From Trypanosoma brucei (taxonomy: Eukaryota): DNA of 64,000 nt. This document shows positions 56,495 through 64,000 of this stretch, piece after piece. Every line of letters starts with the position of its first letter. Position 1 is the stretch's first letter. Made by a program: the position numbers and the translations under genes. The DNA lies in contig CM000208.1 of NCBI GenBank assembly GCA_000002445.1, positions 1,600,001 through 1,664,000 of the forward strand, written 5' to 3'. The notes beneath the pieces are model-generated. The model had not been told where the DNA came from. It worked only from the letters and a program-made list of their open reading frames with translations, and ran no database searches.

Positions 56495-57826
56495 ATGTCC
56501 GGGCCTGGGGTTGATTTAACTCCAGTGGGAGCAGTTGCACCAGCGGGAGTTGTACTTCACTCCGGGCAACAGTTTGTAACACCCGGTGCTAATGGCCATG
56601 TGATACGTAACTCTCCCTATGGTTCCAAGCGCCCGTTGTACGGGTGGGGTGACCTTTTTCGTCCTGGAAAGACAGCAATTGTCCCCGGGTGGTCAAATAT
56701 TCACATTGGCGTAAGTTCTCTTAACGCCGTCCCAGGAGCGGACAGACGCATGAGGACGCTGATGACAAAGTACCAAAAAAAGTTTAACTGCCTCGAGCAC
56801 TGCTATACTTTTCACAATGTGGGTGATGAGGACATGTGGCGAACTTGGAGGGAACTCGCCTTGCTTCCTATGAATTCGGGACCTTCGTCGTCGCCAGCAC
56901 AGTCTCCGCGCCAGAGGGATAAAGGCACAGGTGTAAAGGAAAAAGCAGATACTCCCTGCAAGTATGCCTGCGGCGAGAAGAGGAGGAGAGCGAGCCAGAA
57001 TGAAGTCACCACTGCTGATGTTGAAGCCTCCTTCGGTTACGACGATGACGTTGACAGCTGTGCCAACTGTGGTAACCAACACTCGCCTTTTATGTACACA
57101 ATAAAAGCAAATCGGTACCTCACCCATAACCGTTTGCTGGTCATGGACGATGCCACCAAGGAGCACATTACACAGTTTTTTGTTCAGCGTTGCACCTTAC
57201 TGGAACATATCCTCGGCCCCGTACTGTTTCAGCTTCCCCCACACTTTCCGAAAACAGGCGAGCATGTGGCTCGCATTGAAGCAGTTGCTGCCTGTTTACC
57301 TAAAAATATTCGTGTGGCTGTTGAATTTCGTCATGTGTCGTGGTATGCTGAAGACACTCGAGAGCTCTTGCAGCGTTTGCAGTGGGCACAAGTGGTGGCA
57401 CATAACCTTGACGTTTCCGCTGGCTCCGTACATGTCGACACGGGAGTTCCTTTCATGTACGTTCGTATGCATGGCCCGCTGGGTCGCAATGTCGGGGATT
57501 ACGGCCCATTGATTCTTTCGTCGTGGGCAAAACGCATCGTCGAATTTGTGCGTGCCGACCGGGATGGTACCGATGGGAAGGTGGACGGTGCGGTCACACC
57601 GAAGCGAGAGGTTTTCTTTTTCTTTAACAATGGTGACTCCAGCGTGGGTGGCACAACCAGCTCTGTTGTGGACGCTACCTGTTTGGCAGAAAAGGTGAGA
57701 ATGCTCCTGGCGAGGCAGCGCGGAGCCATCCAAGGGGTTGACTATGTCGACGTGAACAGCAGTGAGAGCAGTTGTAACGAAGACGACAGGCGTACTGTAA
57801 AGGAGACATTCATAATAAGTGATTAG
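56495..57826 (+). CDS. DUF72 (YecE/UPF0759)-domain protein with an N-terminal extension of about 200 aa
   Basis: 'LGPVLFQLPPHFPKT...VAVEFRHVSWYAED...FMYVRMHG' resembles, from memory, the conserved DUF72 blocks (LGP.LFQ.PP.F ... vEFRH.SW). ATG verified. The N-terminus has a Cys cluster 'CANCGNQHSPF'. Confidence 0.5.
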   Translation: MSGPGVDLTPVGAVAPAGVVLHSGQQFVTPGANGHVIRNSPYGSKRPLYGWGDLFRPGKTAIVPGWSNIHIGVSSLNAVPGADRRMRTLMTKYQKKFNCLEHCYTFHNVGDEDMWRTWRELALLPMNSGPSSSPAQSPRQRDKGTGVKEKADTPCKYACGEKRRRASQNEVTTADVEASFGYDDDVDSCANCGNQHSPFMYTIKANRYLTHNRLLVMDDATKEHITQFFVQRCTLLEHILGPVLFQLPPHFPKTGEHVARIEAVAACLPKNIRVAVEFRHVSWYAEDTRELLQRLQWAQVVAHNLDVSAGSVHVDTGVPFMYVRMHGPLGRNVGDYGPLILSSWAKRIVEFVRADRDGTDGKVDGAVTPKREVFFFFNNGDSSVGGTTSSVVDATCLAEKVRMLLARQRGAIQGVDYVDVNSSESSCNEDDRRTVKETFIISD

Positions 57827-58496
57827 TACACTTTTCTTGGGTTCAGCACACACACATATATATGGGTACATTCTTATATGCGTTTGTGCACGTATTGGCA
57901 GGGTAGAGAGGAGCACATTGTGGATCAGTGTTTGGAAGGTTTCATCTTTCTCAACTCTTCGTTGTCGTTGGTCGCTAACGTATGGAGCACCAACAGAAGG
58001 GTCTCTCAGTAATATACAAACAAAAAACATGTTCCCTTTCCCACATTATAGTTAGACCTTTTAGTTTATGGGCTTATTTTTGACTTTTTTTTTTGACACT
58101 TAAAAGTGCACATAGACCTGATTTGGTTGTGTGCTAAGTGTCGCGCACCAATCACAGTACATAGTTGCTTGGTATTTCCACCCATCTTCTTGCAGTACAG
58201 CCTGAGGCGACGTCCCTCAGCACGTATGTCGTTCCCTAACAAGTTTACACACTTGCATAAGGCGCGTGAGTTTCATATTCAGATGTGCTATTAGGCCGTG
58301 GGTTTAATTAAATAACACTTTCGATGCTTACTTGTTTGGACACTTCTCTCCTTTACATTCTGAATGTGAGCAGGGCGTACAGTAGGTGTTTTTTACCTTT
58401 TTTTTTTTGCGACGGAGAGAACTGCCTGCTTCTGGTATTTGCGTTAGGTGCCAGTTTCTGTAAGAGGGTCACGGAAACAAGAACGATTATCCGTCA

Positions 58497-59459
58497 ATGC
58501 GAGCTGCGAAGGAACCACCTTTGCCAGAGGATATTCGTGTTCGTCTCGACAATCTGAATGGTGGAAGCACCGCTGATGAGTGGAAGGCTGTCGGTAACGA
58601 TTGCTTTTCTCGGGGCTTTTATCTTAGCGCCATCCGATGTTACACAAAAGCCCTCGATTTGGACTCTAGTAGTGCCGCGGTGTATAGCAACCGGAGTGCT
58701 GCTTATCTGAAGAGTACAATGTTTGCTGGACCGGCTCTTGCATTAAAAGACGCGGAGCACGCCGTGCGTTTGGATCCCGGGTGGTACAAGGCTCACCTCC
58801 GTGTTGCCGATGCGCAGTTTGGACGAAAGAAGTATGAGGAAGCGAAGGCCGCGTACCAAAAGGTACTGGAGCTGAACAATTCCTGTGTTGCTGCAAAGGA
58901 CTCCCTGAAGCTTGTGGAGCAAGAGCTTTTTTTGCAGTTTCTTGATGATCAAAAGAAGAAAGAACGTAAAGATGAGCTAAACGGGGGTGATCAAGATGGG
59001 GTGAGCAAAGGTGATTCCTTCAGTTGGTCACACAATACTACAGGAAGCGGCAATAATGTAACGGCATCACCAACGCCAAGCAACGACAGGGCGCAAGTTG
59101 AGGTTAGTGAAAGCGAGGTCGAGCGTCACATCCGCCTGTGGACACAAGATACCGTCCTTCGCGAGGACCGCACTGGCATGCGTGCATTTGGTGCAACCAT
59201 AGACGAAGCCGACAGGGAGGCGGGTGTGGAATACAAGAAAAATCTTCTGTCGAAGTTTCGCAACCGACTAGAAACTGATGAGCCACTGCGTTCCAACGTC
59301 GAGAGGAGGCTTGACCGGCAGATGCGGCTTGGTGAGAATGTTGACTACCGGAACCCTGAAAAACACCGCGCGATACTCATGCGAGGGACTGATGGTGTGG
59401 GGTTGGGCATATCAACAGACGCGTACAAATCTTATAAGTATGAGAGTACGATGTGGTGA
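58497..59459 (+). CDS. TPR-repeat protein (three N-terminal TPR units) with a charged C-terminal region
   Basis: 'EWKAVGNDCFSRGFYLSAIRCYTKALDLD...AVYSNRSAAYLK...ALKDAEHAVRLDPGWYKAHLRVADAQFGRKKYEEAKAAYQKVLEL' are three canonical TPR motifs (W-LG-Y-A-F-A-P pattern). Confidence 0.7.
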   Translation: MRAAKEPPLPEDIRVRLDNLNGGSTADEWKAVGNDCFSRGFYLSAIRCYTKALDLDSSSAAVYSNRSAAYLKSTMFAGPALALKDAEHAVRLDPGWYKAHLRVADAQFGRKKYEEAKAAYQKVLELNNSCVAAKDSLKLVEQELFLQFLDDQKKKERKDELNGGDQDGVSKGDSFSWSHNTTGSGNNVTASPTPSNDRAQVEVSESEVERHIRLWTQDTVLREDRTGMRAFGATIDEADREAGVEYKKNLLSKFRNRLETDEPLRSNVERRLDRQMRLGENVDYRNPEKHRAILMRGTDGVGLGISTDAYKSYKYESTMW

Positions 59460-60433
59460 GATTGTTATTATTATTATTATTGTTGTTATTTATTTTTGTT
59501 TGTTTGTCTGTGCGGAAGAGAAGGTAAGTATTGGTGGGGATGTAGTACGAGAAGTAAGGAAGAGTTGGTAACTGGTTTTGGCAACGCTATGGGGCAGGTG
59601 AGGAAAGGATGGGCTGCAAGTATGAGTTGTAGATGTCTACATATTTTTCTTGTTTTTTTTATTTTCTTCAACCACTCGCCCACTGTTGTCGTTTTTTTTT
59701 TAATTGTTCAGACTTCCCTTCTCTTTTTTTTTTTCACCCTTATCAACTTCAGGTGATGTGATGTGCCTACGTATTCATCCCACCTTCTTGCGAATGGGTG
59801 ATTAGGTAGTATTTACTTTGTTATGTGCACAACGTTGCTTTTCTTTTCTTTCACTTGCGCGTGTGGGCAATGCGAATTCATCTACGGTCGCCACCTTCAT
59901 AAATGAAAAGACTCCTCCATTCGTTGCGTAGGGCTCGACACCTGTATATAAATGTTTATTTATGAACTGTTTTTTTTTTTATGTTTGTGTGACAGTTGAA
60001 AGAAAGAGTTTTGCATGCGCGGTTGTAGTTGGTGGTGTGTGGCCCGCCTTCACTTTGTGGGGTGAGTTTCCTCCGTTATTTTTGTACTAAAGAATGGCGA
60101 TATTCATACCAACAAACATGAACGGGTGATGCTTGAAACAATCGGGGGAGACGGAGGGTCTACCCTTTTTTTTTTTTGCATCAAGGGGGATATCGTAAGG
60201 GAACGGGGTCAAGAACAACAGAGCAAACGGAAAAGAAAGAAATGCAACCCGACCGAAGTCAATAGTCGCTAATATTATTAATAAAATAGGCCGTTATTCT
60301 CCTTGTTATTCTATTTCCCTCCTCCATTCTATTTACTCTTTGTACCCTCTACCACACTAAAATTGGTTGGTAGGTTAAAGATGTTGTTGGTGTTGGGGGG
60401 AAATGAAATGTAACTGACAGGACAGCCAAAGAT

Positions 60434-60473
60434 ACAACAACAACAACAACAACAAGAACAGCAGCAGCAGCAA
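60434..60473. repeat. (ACA)n followed by (CAG)n trinucleotide microsatellite
   Basis: Direct read: 'acaacaacaacaacaacaacaagaacagcagcagcagca'. Confidence 0.85.
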
Positions 60474-61684
60474 TATTGCGAGACGGTCAAGGGAGAAAGG
60501 TGAAAGGAAGAGCAAAAAAACCAAGGGGAAGTAAAAATGTTGAACCTGAAAGAAATTTGCGGAATAAAAGGTTCACTCCCTGAGGGGACTAACCGGATGG
60601 ACTGAATTTTTTACGCACTGAATTTTGATCCTTTCCTTTTAACCCCCTCGCTTTGTTTTCCGTGGAAGTGACGAAGAAAGTTGCGTAGTGTGGGTGTATG
60701 TTTTTGTGGTGCTTCCGTGTGGTTGCGGTGAATGATTTTCCCCAACAACCGGCGGTTCTCTTTAATTTTTTTTTCCCCTTCCCTTCTTCTCCCTTCCTCT
60801 TTCCTATTGATTTTATAGCCTTATTCCGTAAGACGAAACACTACAAATCACCATGGACACATCCAAGCGTCACATTATTTCTCATCGCTCGGGGTTGTAA
60901 GGAATTCTGTTTTACCCGTTTTTTTTTTCCCCACCGTTAACCCTCCTGTCCTCTAACTTTCCATTTCCTTCTCTCCACAGTTTTTTTATACGAGTGGTGT
61001 ACCCGTGCGTAAGAGCAGGCGAATTCAGGTGTATGTATATATGCATTCCTCTTTCTCTCTTTCTCTCTCTCTATATATATGTGTGTACATGTTTTCTTTT
61101 GTTTGGTATTACCTTCGTGAACAGCTGCCTAATATGGTGGAAAATACTCTTTTTTTTTCCCCCTCTCTCTCTCCATTTTTGATTCTGCTACGGAAAAGGA
61201 TATTAAGGAAGGAGGGAGGAGCGTAGTTCCACCTGAGAGACCGTACGACAAGTGCTAACAACCGGATAACGTCAGCTCAGAGAGGGAAGTAACGAAGAAG
61301 AGGGAGAGAACAGAACCCGAGTAACGAAATCGACATCGACATTAGGTAACACTTTCTGGAGGAATATTTGTCGTCTTCTTTAATATTATTTTTTTTTTGT
61401 ATTTTACGTGTTGCTTTTGTTTATCTTTCGTGTTCGCGTGGTTGGCAGCTGCGGGTGATTAAGAGTCATACGAAACAAAGGCGAGAGTGCAAGGAAAGGT
61501 CACACAGCAAACAGAAAAAAAAAATTACGATATTAATAGCAGGAGAAATACGCTGTTGGGTAAGCTCACAAAACGTTGTCGCAGCTGTACAATCCCCCCT
61601 ACAAGCGCACACATTTATACGAGTAATAATCACCTAAACGCTACACGGGTTCAGGTGTGTAGGTGTGTGTGTAGGTGAGTACCA

Positions 61685-63334
61685 ATGAGCTTAAGACTTG
61701 GTCAGCCGACATCCGAGCAGAGAAACCGACGGGTGTTTCTCCGCTTCACCCCCATTGTTAATGAGGGAACTGAAGAAGGCAAACTGTCCTCTAGCCTTTC
61801 AACAACTACGATGACTTCGAACACGTCATTAGTTGAGGAGCAGTCGCGCAATATCGCCACTAACGTCGATTCAACCCCCAAGTCAAGTATGCCACCTCTT
61901 CCTATCCCTGAAAAGATCGGGAGTAAAAGCAACACACCTCAGGGACTGCTGTCACCGCACAAAGTCATGAAGGAAGAGGCAGGTGCCATGCAATCACCGG
62001 ACAACATACGCTCCCCTGGAAATAGAAAAAAGAAAAATGATGAATCTCCTGTTCGGCTAAGCACTGATTCCTTAACTCAGCAGGAGAGTATGCACCTTGG
62101 GACCATATACACTCGTTACGCCTCCTTTTCACCAAAGGAGGGTTGTTTGGTTAATCTCCTGAATGATGTCACTGGTGCGGGATCTGTTAGCGAATGTGAT
62201 GTGTGGCTTTACCAACTTGAAAATGTCTTGGGGGTGCCCCGCAGAGAACTGTGCGGCGGAACTCTTGGTATCAGACCAGAATCATCTGAGTCCCCGAAAC
62301 AACAATCATATGGACCCAGACGCATGTTGACGTATGGTGAGGTGTTGCGTTTCGCAACCTGGTTGAAGTCTGCGCATAAAATGCGCATTGGACCAAGACA
62401 TGCGTCACTGCCGTCTAATTCTACCCCGGTGAAAGGTGCAGGTAAAGCGGCCGATGACACACCAAGTAAGACTGCCACGCATTCCGGGCGAGAGGTAAAA
62501 AAACTGGACGGCATTAAGAGGCCAAAAGAGAGTGCGAAGTTCAATATTGGCTCTGGAAAGGGAAAGCGGGATAGTGGACCCTCCAGGCTGTTCACACCAA
62601 CTACGGGGAGTAGTGAAGTTCACATGCCCTCCATTGGCAAACGACCGGGTTCGACATCTGTTAGCACGACCACACGCGGTTACAATTTGGAGTTGCAATC
62701 TTTCGCCGAATTGGGCGGTGGCTCGGATGGCACCGGAACCATCCGCCTCATTGATTTGAAGCGGATGTTGCAGTCTTTCAGCATCGAGGCCACCTTTGGC
62801 ACGTGTGTGGGACGGGTGATTGATAAAAATAACACGGGATGCATTACCTTTGAAGAGTTTTTGTGGGTTCTCGAGTTTGGTGTGCGAGGGATGGGCCCAG
62901 CGGCTGCTATCCATGACCATCTGGCTGCGCCTCTCACACCTCAAAATGTAGTCACGCCCCCAGTATCCACGGAGAGGTCTCCGGCCTCTGGCAACAAAGG
63001 GAGGTCGACCAAACCGTCACCATCAAAAAAAGGCCGACTGGCGGCAACACTTGAAGCAATACGCAAGTCATTTGCAGCCCAGTCCGAGAAGTTGTCTCCA
63101 TATTTGACCAGCCTCAAGACCGAGCGCAGGTCGAGGAGCGGCAGGCGGTCACCCAACAACCTTCGAAAAGACCGCAGGAAGCTGAGCATCTCACCCTGCC
63201 GAGGTCTGCTCACACGCTCTACGCCCGGACGACGCTGTTCCTCACGCAAGAAGAGCCGTGGTAGGTCTCCGACAAATAGAGGTACCGGCAAGAGATTACA
63301 TACGGCCAGAAAGGATGTAGCACTCGGGGCGTAG
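61685..63334 (+). CDS. Hypothetical protein with an EF-hand-like Ca-binding loop and an Arg/Ser-rich basic C-terminal tail
   Basis: 549 aa, ATG verified. 'VIDKNNTGCITFEEFLWVL' fits the 12-residue EF-hand loop (D-x-N-x-T-G-x-I-x-x-E-E). The C-terminus is 'RRSRSGRRSPNNLRKDRRKLSISP...SSRKKSRGRSPTNRG'. Confidence 0.5.
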   Translation: MSLRLGQPTSEQRNRRVFLRFTPIVNEGTEEGKLSSSLSTTTMTSNTSLVEEQSRNIATNVDSTPKSSMPPLPIPEKIGSKSNTPQGLLSPHKVMKEEAGAMQSPDNIRSPGNRKKKNDESPVRLSTDSLTQQESMHLGTIYTRYASFSPKEGCLVNLLNDVTGAGSVSECDVWLYQLENVLGVPRRELCGGTLGIRPESSESPKQQSYGPRRMLTYGEVLRFATWLKSAHKMRIGPRHASLPSNSTPVKGAGKAADDTPSKTATHSGREVKKLDGIKRPKESAKFNIGSGKGKRDSGPSRLFTPTTGSSEVHMPSIGKRPGSTSVSTTTRGYNLELQSFAELGGGSDGTGTIRLIDLKRMLQSFSIEATFGTCVGRVIDKNNTGCITFEEFLWVLEFGVRGMGPAAAIHDHLAAPLTPQNVVTPPVSTERSPASGNKGRSTKPSPSKKGRLAATLEAIRKSFAAQSEKLSPYLTSLKTERRSRSGRRSPNNLRKDRRKLSISPCRGLLTRSTPGRRCSSRKKSRGRSPTNRGTGKRLHTARKDVALGA

Positions 63335-64000
63335 AACCTTAACTTTCTGTGTGGTGGAGACAGACAGGGATAGCTAAAGTACGCAATGTGTCTGTGCGTG
63401 TGTATGTGTACGTGTAGGTGTAGGTGGGTGGTTATACTTTTCTAGCAACGCTCTTACATGTAGTGAGAGTGCTCCTAAGTGTTTGAGGAATTATGAAGTC
63501 AGGAGCAGATGGTAACCGGGGGCGTGCTTGTTGTATGTAGAGGCCCTGTTGCTAATTTTTCATCCGCAAATGCGTGCAAATATTTGAGCAGTGTGGTGTT
63601 GGAGGGCGGTACCTATTGAGTAGTTGCTGCGAGGTGGAGGAGTGAGTGTCCTAGTAGCACTGTAAAGGTTACTGTCGAGTGTAGCGGAAATTCGTGTGAA
63701 TGAAAATCGAAATGGAAGGCAATGGTTGCTGTGCGCGTATGCTCCAGCGTACATTTCTTCTCTTTCGATTATTTAGAGGGGAAACAAGAGGACAAGGACG
63801 AGGGAAGTGGTAGAGTGCAAAGAGGGGGGGGGCGGGCCGAGTGATGGTTTCCCCCTTTTCAGTGTTTTACGGTGAGAAGTGGACAGACATGATGGGGGAG
63901 TGAGAAGAGGAAAGAGGATGTGTGGGGTAGTGGAATGTAAATATGTGTGATCACTTCTAGCTTATTGTGTTGTATCGGTAAACCGGTCCTGCATGTGAGG

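Overview
This window is trypanosomatid nuclear DNA, most consistent with the Trypanosoma brucei clade. It is intron-less and gene-dense, with unidirectional gene clusters. A minus-strand cluster runs from the left edge to 19849, and a plus-strand cluster runs from 32554 to the right edge. Between them is a 12.7 kb ORF-free divergent strand-switch region (19850-32553). Its strand composition flips at about 26-27 kb, at a (GT)18 microsatellite, and it carries strand-specific poly-T/poly-G tracts. The most striking structure is a 2.0 kb inverted duplication flanking this region, identical apart from one possible 1-nt homopolymer length difference. Each arm holds a complete mitochondrial chaperonin HSP60 gene plus about 330 bp of 3' flank (arms 13830-15851 and 44431-46452). 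I could assign functions to many genes. On the minus strand: trypanin/GAS8, ribosomal protein L37a, an RNF5-like RING E3 ligase, HSP60 and an MSH6-like MutS homologue. On the plus strand: phosphomannomutase, an AlkB-like dioxygenase, a PPP phosphatase with degenerate catalytic motifs, an amino-acid transporter, HSP60, a Cdc20-like WD40 protein, ALG3 mannosyltransferase, a second PPP phosphatase with intact motifs and a long N-terminal extension, a zf-PARP + PBZ zinc-finger protein, a DUF72 protein, a TPR protein and an EF-hand protein. The supplied ORF track accepts TTG as a start codon. Four gene starts were therefore moved to the first in-frame ATG. A large minus-strand CDS (1-2553) runs off the left edge and is absent from the track. 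I did not find tRNA, rRNA, snRNA or spliced-leader genes by eye.
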